From Eledone cirrhosa (lineage: Eukaryota), in NCBI GenBank assembly GCA_964016885.1, contig OZ024751.1, positions 53,506,001 through 53,570,000 on the forward strand: DNA of 64,000 bases. Direction: 5' to 3'. This document shows, piece by piece, positions 1 through 13,244 of the stretch. Position 1 is the stretch's first letter. The number at the start of each line of letters is the position of its first letter. Both the position numbers and the translations under genes were made by a program. The notes under the pieces were generated by a model, which made no database searches, was not told the origin of the DNA, and saw only the letters and a program-made list of their open reading frames with translations.

Positions 1-201
1 GAAAGTTCCCCTCCGAGGCACAAGTCCAGGCAAAGTTGTTTGTGGAAGACCAGCAGTCAACCATACATACCAGTCTCCTCTCTTCACGTCACCGATGTTG
101 TCCAAGGGAAAGGCAATGATCAATACAGCTTGGCACCAGTGACGTCGCAACTCATATATAGACTAAAAACAGTATATATATATATATATATATACACACA
201 T

Positions 202-585
202 GGAGGCACATGGCTTAGTGGTTAGAGCATTGGCCTTGCAATCGAAAGGTTGTGAGTTCAATTCTCAGACCGAGTGATGTGTTGTTTCCTTGAGCAAGAC
301 ACTTTATTTCTCATTGCTCCAGTTTACTCAGCTGTAGAAATGAGATGATAGGACTGGGGTCCATATCATTTCACTGCAAAGTGGTCGTGGAGGTGCCATG
401 GCAAAAAAGCACCCAGCCCACACTGTAAAGTGGACATGTAGACACCATGGAAAAAAAATCACCCAGCACTCACTGTAAATGAGGTTGGTGTTAGGAAGGG
501 CATGCAGCTGTAGAAATCAAGCCAGAATCAGTTCTCATCCCACCCTTGCAAGCAGGGAAAAGCTGACATAAAAATGATGATGATT
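202..585 (+). mobile_element. tRNA-derived CORE-type SINE (family 1)
   Basis: A box TGGCTTAGTGG, B box GAGTTCAATTC, CORE-like TCCTTGAGCAAGACACTT, tail ending (ATG)n. Confidence 0.85.
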
Positions 586-1923
586 ATATATACATATATT
601 TATCAGCAGCACTGAACATCCATTTTCCTTGCTAGCAAGGGTTGGACAGGTTTTTACAGATGACATCAGTACTCAAGTGAAGCTACAGACCTCCCAGATG
701 GGCTGGGAGCCTAAATCTCACTTACATATGGTGCTGCACTCTTTTGAGTACATTTTACCATGACACTAGCCCTATGGAGGTTGTCATGTCTTTGACACAA
801 CTGGAGAGTCTGGCAAGCTTGCTATGGCTGAATGCCCTTCCTATCCCCAACCACTTTACAGGGTATACTGGATATGTTTGTTGTATATATCAGCAATATT
901 ATAGAGGTTGTTGTGCCGTAGACAACTGAAGTGTCCTTTCAACCATTTTTGACAGGGTTTCTACAGTGGGAAGCCCTTCCTATTGCCAATCACACACACA
1001 CACACACACACACTTACATATATTTTGGTTTTGTTTTGTTTGATTCTTTGACAGAAATGTGGAAGTTTGATGAAAAATCAACAAGAAGAAAACATTAAAT
1101 AAATATAAAAAAATCAAAGAAAAAATGATAGATATAAAGAAAGAAAAAAGGAGTTAAGAAACAAAACTGAATCAGAAGAATTCAAAAGTGAAAGTGACAG
1201 TAGGCAAATAAATAAATAAATAAATAAAATGAAAATGTTAAAACTTGAGAAGTGTGTAAACATGTCTAACAATTAATGTTTATTAAAGCATGATTTATGT
1301 TTAAAGAGTTACTGCTGTAAATAGGTATTTAGAATTAAACTACTGACATGTTTTTAACTAGAGATACACCCACTACTCACGATTTGACTACATGTGAAGA
1401 ACGAGTTGTAGGGAAGTTGATGCATGGAGATTTGTAGCTTGGCTATAATATTATGTATTAGTGTGTATTATTTTGACAATGAGTGTTTGAATTGATTTAT
1501 CAACAGACTGGCCTACTTGTTAAGTTAACATGTAAGTGACTGAGCATTCCACAAACATGTGTATTCTTAGCATGATTCTCAGGGTGATTCAGCATGACAC
1601 AGTATGTGATGAGGCTAACCATTTTAAGAATTTACAGATACAGTCCATTTGATAATTTTCCTAATAATTTCCATCTACCAAATTTCTCTCAGTGGGGGTG
1701 GGTCAACCTGAGACTATGGTAAATGATATTTGTCCAAGATGTCATAGAGTGGAATTGAAACTATAGCACAGAAAAATTAGATACTCTAGTCAAAGACATT
1801 TGAGTCACATTTACATTAACCCTTAAGCATTTAAACCAGCCATATCTGGCTAGAATTCTCTCACCACTTTTGGAATGTGTCAACTGTCACAGATGGTCTT
1901 GAAGAAATACAAAGGATATTTAC

Positions 1924-2154
1924 TTGTTAGATTTGACACTAGGAGTTCTACAGATGTGCTGTTCTGGTACATTTTGCCATTTACCCGGTCTAGCTGCATT
2001 TATTAACTCCATAGCATTCAGTAAACCAAAGCCAAGTGCTGGATGAATCCAGAAACCACCAGCATTCTGAACCCATCCTGGATTCTCGTTCATTCCAAGC
2101 GGATTTGACGTCCAAGCAATTAGATGTTGTACATCCCTCCATGTTAAATTGCGG
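1924..2154 (-). CDS. PCSK1: PC1/3-like exon, end of catalytic domain (gene presumably continues left of the window)
   Basis: cag|C CGC...AA|gtaaat, 231 bp, RNLTWRDVQHLIAWTS...NPGWVQNAGG...GFGLLNA...WQNVPEQHIC. Confidence 0.93.
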
Positions 2155-2313
2155 CTGAAATAACAAATAGGCATATATATATATATAAAATTTAGAAGTT
2201 TACATACATATAAACTAGACAGCGCCATAGATATATATATATATGTTTTTGGCAACCATTCACGGTGTGGCTCAATGACGAATTAATTAATTAAATAATC
2301 AACAATCAGAGCA

Positions 2314-2610
2314 ATATATAAGAAAGTAAGTCCATAGAATCATTAGATAAAATATATACAGTATTTCTTCTCCCAATCAGCATAATCAACCATACAAAAA
2401 ATCATTTAAACGAGGCTATAAGTTTAAAATATACCTATGAAGAAATAATAGATAAATAAATGTTAGCTTTCTATCCGCAATTCATAAGTATATTTTAAAC
2501 TTATAGCCTCGTTTAAAGGAGTTTTTGTACGGTTGATTTATGCTGATTGGGAGAAGAAATACTGTATATATTTCATCTAATGATTTTATGGACTTACTTT
2601 CTTATATATA
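2314..2610. repeat. Inverted repeat, ~128-bp arms, ~40-bp spacer
   Basis: agaaagtaagtccata...tatgaa / ttcata...tatggacttactttct, with several mismatches. Confidence 0.88.
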
Positions 2611-2952
2611 TATATATATTGTGTGCAATATGTTTGTGTGTCTATATATTTTTCTGTATGTGAATATGTCTGTGTGCAAATATATGTGAACAGCATATTG
2701 TGCTTTCAATAAAATATATAGTATATGTTTGTGTCTGCATATGTTTGTGCATGTATATGCCTGTGTGTGTATATATGAGAATAACATGATCTGTCATCAA
2801 TATAATGTGTGTGTGTGTATTTATATGCCTGTGACAACAGCACTCCCTATTTTCAATAGTGTATGTGCGTATTCATATGTATGTTTGTATGTGTATATGT
2901 GTACATAGACATACTTAATTTCTTCTAATAATGGAACCAGAGTTTGACTTAC

Positions 2953-3053
2953 TTCGATTCTAGAAGCAAAGCGAAAATTCCTGCTGCCATTGGTGCTGAT
3001 GCTGATGTTCCAGAATGTTGGTCAGTGCACTTGTTATGGAGGTCAGAGGTCAC
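2953..3053 (-). CDS. PCSK1: PC1/3-like exon with catalytic Ser
   Basis: tag|GTG...AA|gtaagt, 101 bp, [33 protein letters not shown](N). Confidence 0.95.
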
Positions 3054-3204
3054 CTAAAGAAGTCAAACACAAACATTTGACATGAATATTCGAGCTTGAC
3101 TCAAAATTGTCATTAACATTCACAAACCATCATTTGTATACTTCCTTATTGTTTGTATACATGATGTGTACACAGACACACACACACACATATATATATA
3201 TATA

Positions 3205-3557
3205 TCATCATCATCATCATCATCATCATTTCATTTTACGTCCGCTTTTTCCCTGCTTGCAAGGGTGGGACGGGAACTGATTTTGGCTTGATTTCTACAG
3301 CTGGATGCCCTTCCTAACACCAACCTCATTTACAGTGAGTGTTGGGTGCTTTTTTGCCGTGGCACCTGCACGACCACTTTGCAGTGGAATGATATGGACA
3401 CCAGTCCCTATCATCTCATTTCTACAGCTGAGTAAACTGGAGCAATGTGAAATAAAGTGTCTTGTTCAAGGAAACAACACATCACCCGGTCTGAGAATTG
3501 AACTCACAACCTTTCGATTGCAAGGCCAATGCTCTAACCACTAAGCCATGTGCCTCC
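3205..3557 (-). mobile_element. SINE family 1
   Basis: Full-length copy. Confidence 0.85.
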
Positions 3558-3647
3558 ATGGGGTGGGGGTATATATATATATATATATGGAAAGGGACTA
3601 GTGAGGTTATGTGCCTCCATGGGGTGGGGTAAATATATATATATATA

Positions 3648-6600
3648 TGGAAAGGGACTAGTGAGGTTATTGATTGGTTTAAAGAAATTAAATATACCTA
3701 TAATAATAAGTTTATTCAGCTGGATATTGCTAACTACTATTCATCTATCACTCCTAATCTACTGAATAAGGCACTAAATTACGCATTTAAACATACTGAC
3801 CTAACTAGCAATGAAATGCACATTATATTATCGGCAAGGAAAACATTGATAGAATTTAATAACCAACTCTGGACTAGGGCAGATAGAAATAATAATTTCG
3901 ACATAACTATGGGATCATCAGACTCAGCTCAGGTAACGGACCTTGTGGGCCTATTTATAATTAATTCGCTACATAGAAAAATACCAGGTGTAACCGGAGG
4001 CTTATATCGTGATGACATGCTTTTACTTATACAAAATAATAGCTGTGAACTAAATAGGAAAAGAAAACAAATTATACAATTTTTTAATTACCATAATCTA
4101 AAAGTAGAAATAGAGAATAACCATAAAATAGTCAATTTTCTTGACGTAACACTAAATCTCAACACATGTCTTCATTATCCATTTCACAAACTAAATGAGA
4201 ACTTGAATTATGTTAATTTTAACTTTAATCACCCCAGATCTGTTAAAAATACTATAGTGAACTCTGTTCAAGAAAGAATTTCAAGAATTTCATCTAATAA
4301 AAATATATTTGATGAAAAAGCGCAGTATTACAACGAAGCGTTAGGTAGAGCTGGATATAGAAATGAAATTAAATACATTGATAATAATAATAATAAGCAA
4401 ACTAACCAAAATAATAACAATTTTAATTATGGTAACAACTTTAGCAACTATAATAGAAAACATTACAATAATTCCAAAAGCCGAAAAAGAAATAGAACTA
4501 GAAACATATTATGGTTTGCTCCCCATTTAGTGAGAAAGGTCTCACTATTATGGTTTGCTCCCCTATTTAGTGAGAAAGGTCTCACTAAATATTAAAACCC
4601 CTATTGCTAAACTATTCTTTAAAGCTCTTGACAAACGCTTCCCTAGAACACATAAATATTACTCAATTTTTAATAGACACACTATAAAATTAACTTACTC
4701 GTCCACCAAAAATTTAGCACAAAATATTAATAGAATTAATAATAGAAATTTAAAACCTAACCAAAATACCAATAATAACCCAAGCAATATTCAATTGAAT
4801 AACTGTAACTGTAGAAATAAATCTAACTGTCCGTTAAATAACAACTGCTTAGCTAAAAATGTAGTGTACAATTGTAATGTTAAAACTAATTTAAATTCGT
4901 TTAACTATGTTGGTTCTACCTCGACTGAATTTAAATTTCGCTTCAATAATCATAAAAATTCTTTCACAGATCTAAACAAAAAATCTTCAACTTCGCTATC
5001 TAGCCTACTATGGGACCTAAAACGAGATAATGTTAAATATTCGATGACTTGGAATATTATTTCACAAGCTACTCCTTTTAATTCCTCTTCAGAAAATTGT
5101 GATCTTTGTATTGAAGAAATATTCTTTATATTAAAGTCCAAAAATTCCCTTAATTTAAGGAACAATTTATTCAGTTGCTGCAGACATATATTGAACTCAA
5201 CGTTTAAATATAAATATAAATTTAAAATGTAGTATAATTAATTAAGTAATTTAGTTAATATATAAAACCTGTCGATAAATCATTAGATTCCTTCACCTTT
5301 TTATTTTTAAACTTTCTTCCTAAATATAAACATAGATATAATAAACTACTTTAAAATGTCTATACTTACAATATCTTAAATAAAATATACGTAGGATAAA
5401 TTTCTATACTAAATATAAGGATATCTGTAGAATCCTTGGTTTTTTAAATCTTTTAAATTCTTTTAAATTTTGAATTTTAAATATTTTTAAATTCTTTTTG
5501 AAATTTTTAGATCTTTAAATTTTTAAATTTTTAAATTATATTGATATAATATTTATTTAACTTTTATTTTATTTTATTTTATTTTTATTTATTTTTATTA
5601 CTTTTGCTTTTGATTCTGATAGCTTCTCATAATTCTCATAAGTCTACCCTTTCAATATCTTGATTGAAATATAAGTAGGATAATTTTCTATACTAAATAT
5701 ATGAAACATATTATTTTAACTTAAGATACTCTATAGTGTTTTAAAGTTATTTAATGCTTTGACATTTCTAGAATTCATTTGTCCTTTTGACTATATTGAT
5801 ATAGTTGTATTTCCAAAATATAATCCTTTGGTATTTTAAATTTATATTGGTATAATTATATTTCCAAAGTATAATCCTTAGTAATATATTGATATTTGAT
5901 TATCTCTATAGAAAAGTATATGTGTGTATTAACATGCATATAAAAGTGTTATAGGTTTTTTTATGATTGTACATATGTCTGTATGTATACATGAGCGATG
6001 CATGATGACGCACGCAGATATTTATTTATTTATACATATATAGGTGTATATGTATATATGTGTGTGTATGTATATGTGTGGGTAAAACTTATGTTGCATA
6101 ACCACGCAGTTTGGATTGCAGAAATGTTAAATGCATGAATGGTAATCATATATATGAAGTCATGAAGGTTAATCGTATATATTTATGTGTATATATACTG
6201 TGAACTTTTTATAACACAAGGAATGTATAACAGTGATTAAGAGAAATCGTCTGCGCTATATATGTCTATATTGTTGACTTGAGAAAATATAATTTCTATT
6301 TTCAGGACGTGCGTGTATATATATATATATATTTGTGCGTCTTTGCCTGAGATACTTCTATAGCAATGTGTACATTTTGGAGATTAAACCCAAATTTTGG
6401 CATATTGATCTCAAGGTTTAAACTAAACATATAGTCATTATTAAACAATGTTTAATTTCTCATATTATATATCTATGTCCCATTCATGAATATTAATATT
6501 TATATTTTTATTATTCATTTCATATGAATTGTTAACTCAACTTAACATGACATGACGTAAAGTTTTCATAATCTCCCTCTCTCTCTATATAACATTTCTC

Positions 6601-7034
6601 TCTCTTAAGTTTTTCTATCTGTCTGTTGACTTAATATCTCTCTGTTGCTTTCCTCTGTTTTTCTTATTTCTTCCCTTTTTCTTCTTTCCTCCTTTCCTCC
6701 CGTCTTTACTTATCTCTTTCTTTTCTTCTCCATGCATCTCTCTCTCTCCGATACCTCTCCACGTTTTTTCTTTCTCTCCGTCTTTTTCTTTCTCTCCGTC
6801 TTTTTCAAATTGTCCTTAACACTATGACTTATTAAAGTAATATAAACAAATCACTATCCGGATGACTTCCAAAAACAATGGTTGCATTTTAATAGGGTAC
6901 GTCAAAGCTTATTTGTAAAACTGTTATATATTGTATTTTGTCTGATGAAGGCATACCATAATTTAATTTGGTATCCCTGAAATATGTATAATGAAATAAA
7001 TATGGTTTTATAAATATAGTTTCCATTTATTAAT

Positions 7035-7040
<6 letters not shown>
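3648..7040 (+). mobile_element. 5'-truncated Penelope-like retroelement A (Naiad-like), frameshifted, inserted in (TA)n
   Basis: Open frame from 3648 with RT motifs FIQLDIANYYSSI, TMGS, LYRDD, VNFLDV; after a frameshift near 4585 come CNCRNKSNC (CxCx5C) and GIY-YIG-type VVY..YVG..RFNNH..CDLC..E to 5232; AT-rich 3' UTR ends in a hammerhead at 6934-6998. Confidence 0.88.
6934..6998 (+). ncRNA. Type I hammerhead ribozyme in pLTR of element A
   Basis: stem I TATTTTGT/ATGAAATA, CTGATGA, stem II AGG-ATACCA/TGGTAT-CCT, GAAA, minimal stem III TATGTA, AUA cleavage triplet. Confidence 0.8.
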
Positions 7041-7074
<34 letters not shown>

Positions 7075-7947
7075 CCCACCCCATCCACACCACCCCCTTA
7101 AATGTGAAGTTATGTTGGTACCACAACATCCAGTCCGAAACAAGTGAGGTCATGTAGGTGTCACGACAAAAAAACACACAATCCACGCTGAAATGTGGCC
7201 GTGTAGGTAACACGGTAAAAACCTCCCAGTCCACACTGTAAATGTGGTTGGTGTTAGGAAGGGCATCCAACCGTAGAAAACCCGCCAGACAGTCCTATAC
7301 GAGCAGGACAACAAATCTTGCCTCAAGTGGGAAAACTCCCGTCCAAACCCATGCAAGTGTGGAAGATGGACGTTAAACGATGATGATGATGATGATGATG
7401 ATGATATATATATATACAGAGAGAGAGAGAGAGAGACCGTGACCTCTGGCAACATGCAGTAATACAGAAGACCCAACTTCCCACAGGAACAAGCTGAAGC
7501 ATATAGACAATATGCCCCCATCCCCTCCCACTGTAAATGAGATTGGTGTTATGAAGGGCATCCAGCTGCAGAAATCAAGCCAGAATAAGTTGTCGTATGA
7601 GCAAGTCAAGGGCACACCCGACCTAACATTGCCCACGACAGGAGAACCCGTCTAACCCATGCTAGAATGGAAGAACGGACGATGATGATGATATATATAT
7701 ATATATAAATATATATATCAAGAAATGGCAACATGAATGAACTTGTTATTTTTCTCTAAAAACATTGAAACATTTTTTCCGATTCTGCCCTTTCTGTCCC
7801 TTCAATCTTATTAATTTATCATTCTTTCTTCCAATGAAAGACTAGCGTCCGTAACGTTATGACCCTCTTCCTGCTATATCAAGTGTTAAAATAATAAATT
7901 TCTTCTATATACTGTACTGTTTGTGTTGTAATTTCTGTTTACCTTTT

Positions 7948-7982
<35 letters not shown>

Positions 7983-8376
7983 CAATAGTACAGCATATTC
8001 GAAGTTTGATCAGCAGCCAAGCCAACGAATGCCTTCAGCAGTGGAGCCAAGCAATAAACCTCAAGGAATAAACCTCAGAGTAATAACATACAGTTTAAAA
8101 GGGCTTTGCAAATTGAAAATAGCGACCGCTAATTTAGCCGTGTGATCTGTAGCAATGAAAGAACTGACTAGTGAGAAAAGGAAATACACACACACACACA
8201 TACACACACATACACACATATATATATATATATATACATATAAAAATATACATACATACATATATGCACATATCTGTATATATAACATATATATATATAT
8301 AAAATAAATATAAACTCATGCTTAGATTCATAGTTTAGTTTTATAAGAACTGAAGACAATAGACAAAGATACTTAC

Positions 8377-8592
8377 CACTTTTCCTTCAGTCAATGAAAT
8401 CCCACCAGAGAATGTCGATGCCATGGTTGAGGCACAGAATTCAACGTACCAAGGTTTCTTCATAGAACTTGTTATACTACTTATGGCAATTGTGTAAATA
8501 CTTGAAGCATAACCATCACAGTTGCAATTGTCCTGATGTAGACCACCATTACCGGAGGCCCAGATATATAGCACACCTTTGCCTCCACGTCC
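8377..8592 (-). CDS. PCSK1: PC1/3-like exon with oxyanion-hole Asn
   Basis: cag|GGA...GTG|gtaagt, 216 bp, GRGGKGVLYIWASGNGG...DNCNCDGYASSIYTIAISS...PWYVEFCASTMASTFSGG; Asn rather than Asp argues against PC2. Confidence 0.95.
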
Positions 8593-8675
8593 CTGTAAAT
8601 ACATATAAGCTGCATCAATTTATAGTCATTACATAGTTAAACAATAGTAACCCTTTTTCTTATTTATATATATAT

Positions 8676-9151
8676 TAGCAGAAAAATCACCCTCGGGTGG
8701 TTTTCTGCTAGCATGTGTAGTGTGTATATTGATATTATACGCAGGTATATATACATCTAGATATGATACATTAAATAAAATAGTAATTGACAATATATAA
8801 TACATAGAAATTGAACGAAGACTGTGTTACACTGTCTTATTTAATCAGTAACGTAATCCATGATACATTAAAAAAGACAATATTATATATAAACTGCATT
8901 AGGAGAAAATTAGTGACAGAAAATTAGTATGTTTATTTAAGCAATGGCCAACCGGAAGAAATTTTAAAGAAGTGAATCTTTAAATAAACAAATATATTTA
9001 ATCAACAGCCACGAAATTTAGTAGATAAATTATGTAATATTCGTTCATTATTTATTCAAAGTAATCCAACTTATTTTACTAATGGGATAAAAAATTATAA
9101 ACCGTATGCAGTCCCACGCTCCTTACTTTATTATAGTTTAGATATGTAGAT
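8676..9151 (-). mobile_element. Non-autonomous Helitron-like element
   Basis: Putative 5' a|TC end near 9151; 3' hairpin CTAGCAGAAAACCACCCGAGGGTGATTTTTCTGCTAA. Confidence 0.55.
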
Positions 9152-10151
9152 CCTGAGTGAAATCGTGGGTAACCACAGTAAATAAGGTACTCAATACATT
9201 AGAAGAGTGATAGTATATATATATATATCATCATACACATAGATATATTGAATGTTGTGCGTGTTTGTGTACATACATACTTCAATACATAATGTGTGAG
9301 TGCATGTGTGTATGTGCATGTGTGTGTGTGTGTATGTGTGTGTGTGTGTGTGCATGTGTGTGTGTGTGTGTGTGTGTGTGCATGTGTGTGTGTATACAGA
9401 TAAGTGGAGGTAGGGGAGGTTTTGTGTGTGACTGTCAGAAGCTGTGTATAATCCACAAAAACTCAAAATAAGAAGAATGGTAAGGAGGAGGAGGCAGAGG
9501 AGGAGGCTGAGGAGGAGACAGAGAAGAAGAAGAAGAAGAAGAAGAAGAAGAAGAAGAAGAATTTCATCTAGCTACATTAACATCAGTGATGTTTCATTTA
9601 GTCTCTTACAGTCAATGTTTACCACAAAGACACAATACAACTATATTCCCCCATCCATTGATTCGACATACCTATCATATAATCATTTCTTTTCAAAGCA
9701 TAACACATTTTATAACAATGATCTGTGCTCACGTCACAGCCTTGTTTTCATAAATTCCTTTCACCACCTCCAAAATAATCACCACCATCACCATCAGCAC
9801 CACTATCACAACCACGTTCCAACAACATCATAACAACACTCCTACCAACATCACTATCACCACCATCACAACACCACAACCTATACCACTAGCAACAACA
9901 ACATTAAAATCACCAACAGCAACACTACCAGCATGACAACAACTCTACCATCACCTAACACAGTTGATAGATGATGGACAAACAACTCCATCATGAAGAC
10001 ATTTCTAGAACAACACAAGATTTCCAGTCAATAAATATGGACTCTGATGTCCTGAACTGTGGATGAGTTTTGCAGTTGTTCCACTAACTAAATGAAATAA
10101 TCATTGAATTAGAAGGCAAAGTGGCTGAATATTCCACAGATAGGGACACCT

Positions 10152-10670
10152 TTAACCCTTTAGCATTTACATTATTCTATATATACTGTGGATTGGCAGT
10201 ATCGGTAGAGGGTCGGACGCCATGCTTTCCAGCATAGTTACGTCCCTTTACGATCTGAGTTCAAATCCCGCCGAGGTTAACTTTGCCTTTCGTCCTTACG
10301 GGGCCGATAAAATAAAGTACCAGTAATGCACTGGGTATATGCTGGCCTTGTGCCTAAAGTAGAAACAATTATTCTATATATACTATTGTATTTTCATGGT
10401 AAAGACACTATCTCTCATAATTATTTCACATAATATCAAATCTACAAGATTTTGATATTATTTATTGTGAGAACAATACATTAACATAAGTCTGAGGAGG
10501 TGATTACAGCCAGTTTGAACAGAAAGAGGTTAAACTGGCTGTATCCAGCCACTCATGCCAACAATAAGGTATTGTTCTCAAAATAAATAATATCAAAATC
10601 ACATAGATTCGATATTATGTGAAATTTTGTGAAGTAAAGTGTTTGAGTAATGTAAATGCTAAAAGGTTAA
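10152..10670. mobile_element. piggyBac-like MITE with two left halves in inverted orientation and a nested SINE
   Basis: TTAA-CCCTTTAGCATTTACATTA ... TAATGTAAATGCTAAAAGG-TTAA; inversion centre ~10520; SINE at 10188-10370 with TSD ttattctatatatact. Confidence 0.65.
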
Positions 10671-11142
10671 TCTCACATCAAATATAGAATCAGCATGAAA
10701 CAGTGTTAGAAAAGGCTGACCCTTTGAATTACAGGTAAAATTCATTTGATGGACTTACAATTTCACACCAGTTGTTCAAAACAGGAAGATGATGATAATG
10801 ATGATGATAATGCTGAAGATGATGATGATGATGATTGACATTCATATGGTTATTTACATTAAATGATCGATTATTGTAATAACACTGCAGATATTAGTAT
10901 AACAATATTTTAAATAAATCTTTTAAAACTTAATAAACAACAACAACAGCAACATACCAACAATGTAAAATAATATATAATGGCTTCCTTAGTCTGTATT
11001 CTGAAAAATTAAACAATACTATAAAGGACAATGTACCTGTCAAGACAGAAATTTAATCATATTGTTAAGTCTGCATGTATCAGAGAAATGATGCTATCAA
11101 AATAAATGCATAAACACACACACATATATATTTATAAATATA

Positions 11143-11206
<64 letters not shown>

Positions 11207-11245
11207 AATAAAACATATAATATGCATATATATATATATATATAT

Positions 11246-11542
11246 ATATTGTTATACTTGGGGAGGGTCATATTTGCGTAATATTGCCAGAATTAATAAC
11301 AGAACACACTCACTGTTTGGTTGGTTTTTGCTTCTCGCTGTCTTTTATATCTGCGATCTAACTTACTCGGTCCTCAATGTTGCCATTGACTGACCGACGG
11401 TCAAAAATAATATAGATACAATATAGACACAAACACATATATATAGTTTACATAATTTACATATTACGCAAATATGACCCTCCCCAAGTATAACAATATC
11501 TGTTTCGACACACGATTTCATATAAAAAACCTCGCTAAACTA
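11246..11542. repeat. Inverted-repeat module, family shared with 25657-25950
   Basis: tattgttatacttggggagggtcatatttgcgtaatat present in both orientations; between (TA)n; diverged partial copy at 11590-11655. Confidence 0.85.
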
Positions 11543-11673
11543 TATATATATATATATATATGCATATTATATGTTTTATTGGCAGCAAGACACTCCCAAA
11601 GTATAACAATATCCGTTTCAACACACGTTTTCAGATAAGAAATCTTGCAAAATATATTTACACACACACACAA

Positions 11674-11710
<37 letters not shown>

Positions 11711-12180
11711 ATATAATACATTCATGTAGTATTAGAAATATTGTGCTTAATTTTTACCAAGTATTTTTTTCCCTTCTTTCCCTTATATCGTTACTGTGAT
11801 AACTTACACAAATATCTTCCTTACAAATTATAAAGAATTCATGAGAAAATACATTTGCCAAAGAAATATAACTTTGAAAATTCGGTAAAAAATCTACAAT
11901 TGCCAGCATGACTTAGGTACAGTCATAGCCATATATATATATTTGTGTATATCATCATAAGGTGGGGGCCACCTCTCAAACATTTAACCCAATGGCATTT
12001 ATTACTCTATATTTACTATTGTATTTTCACATGATTATCTCACATAGTATCAAATCTTTGAGATTTTGATATTATCTATTTTGAGAACAATACCTTAACA
12101 TCAGTATGAGCAGCAGGGTACAGCCGGTTTGGACAGAAAGAGGTGAGAGAATTCTGACCAGATATAGCCGGTTTAACCCT

Positions 12181-12962
12181 TTGTAGTATGGTAGTGGTGG
12201 TATAGGCTGTGGTATGGTAGTGGTGGTGGTATAAGCTGTGGTGTGGTGGTGGTGGTGGTGGCATAAGCTGTAGTATGGTAGTGGTAGTGGTGGGGGTATA
12301 GGCTGTGGTATGGTAGTGGTGGTGATATAGGCTGTGGTGGTGGTATAGGCTGTGGTATGGTAGTGGTGATGGTGGTATAGGCTGTGGTATGGTAGTGGTG
12401 GTGGCGGTGGTGGTATAGGCTGTGGTATGGTAGTGGTGGTGGTATATGCTGCAGTATGGTAGTGGTGGTGGTATAGGCTGTAGTATGGTAGTGGTGGTGG
12501 TATAGGCTGTAGTATAGTGGTGGTGGTATAGGCTGTAGTATGGTGGTGGTGGTGGTGGTATAGGCTGTGATATGGTAGTGGTGGTGGTGGTGATATAGGC
12601 TGTGGTATGGTGGTGGTGGTATAGGCTGTAGTATAGTAGTGGTAGTTGTATAGGCTGTGGTATAGTAGTGGTGGTGGTGGTGGTGGCATAAGCTGTAGTA
12701 TGGTAGTGGTGGTGGTGGTGGTATAGGCTGTGGTATGGTAGTGGTGGTGGTGGTGATATAGGCTGTGGTATGGTAGTGGTGGTGGTATAGGCTGTGGTAT
12801 GGTAGTGGTAGTGGTGGTGATATAGGCTGTGATATGGTAGTGGTGGTGGTATAGGCTGTGGTATGGTAGTGGTGGTGGTAGTGATATAGGCTGTGGTATG
12901 GTAGTGGTGGTGGTATAGGCTGTGGTATGGTAGTGGTGGTGGTGGTGGTATAGGCTGTGGTA
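12181..12962. repeat. GGT-rich minisatellite, unit ~27-36 bp (tataggctgtggtatggtagt(ggt)n)
   Basis: Visible tandem array; explains the H/T/P-rich spurious ORFs. Confidence 0.95.
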
Positions 12963-13071
12963 AGGCGAGAGAAAGAAACAAACAGATACAACTGAAGGAG
13001 GAGGAGGAGGAGGAGGAAACCTGATAACAATGTGAAAGTTAAACACTTCTATCATTCATTAATTGGCCTAC

Positions 13072-13244
13072 CTCTTTGATTGACGTTTTCAGAGCCATCT
13101 TTGACAATGTTCCAGGACCATCAAGAGTCATACCATCATCAAGGGGGCCCCAGCTGGCGCTGTATATGTCGATGTACTTGTGATTAAAACTCAATGCCCT
13201 GGCTTCCAGAGAATCAGTTATTGGACCATCAAGCATTCGAACAC
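13072..13244 (-). CDS. PCSK1: PC1/3-like exon (substrate-binding region)
   Basis: cag|GT...GAG|gtagg, 173 bp, VRMLDGPITDSLEARALSFNHKYIDIYSASWGPLDDGMTLDGPGTLSKMALKTSIKE. Confidence 0.95.

Noticed and set aside
1381-1442. Possible next convertase exon (tag ... gtgagt on the minus strand)
   Set aside because: In the required phase it reads QATNLHASTSLQLVLHM then stops, with no P-domain similarity.
3305-3544. Recurrent ORF ending [17 protein letters not shown]
   Set aside because: Antisense translation of SINE family 1.
3816-5232. Selenoprotein-type Naiad coding
   Set aside because: No in-frame TGA in the retained coding part of either element.
12072-13055. Three overlapping ~300-aa H/T/P/Y-rich ORFs
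   Set aside because: Open in all three frames because of a minisatellite; intronic, with no domain signal.
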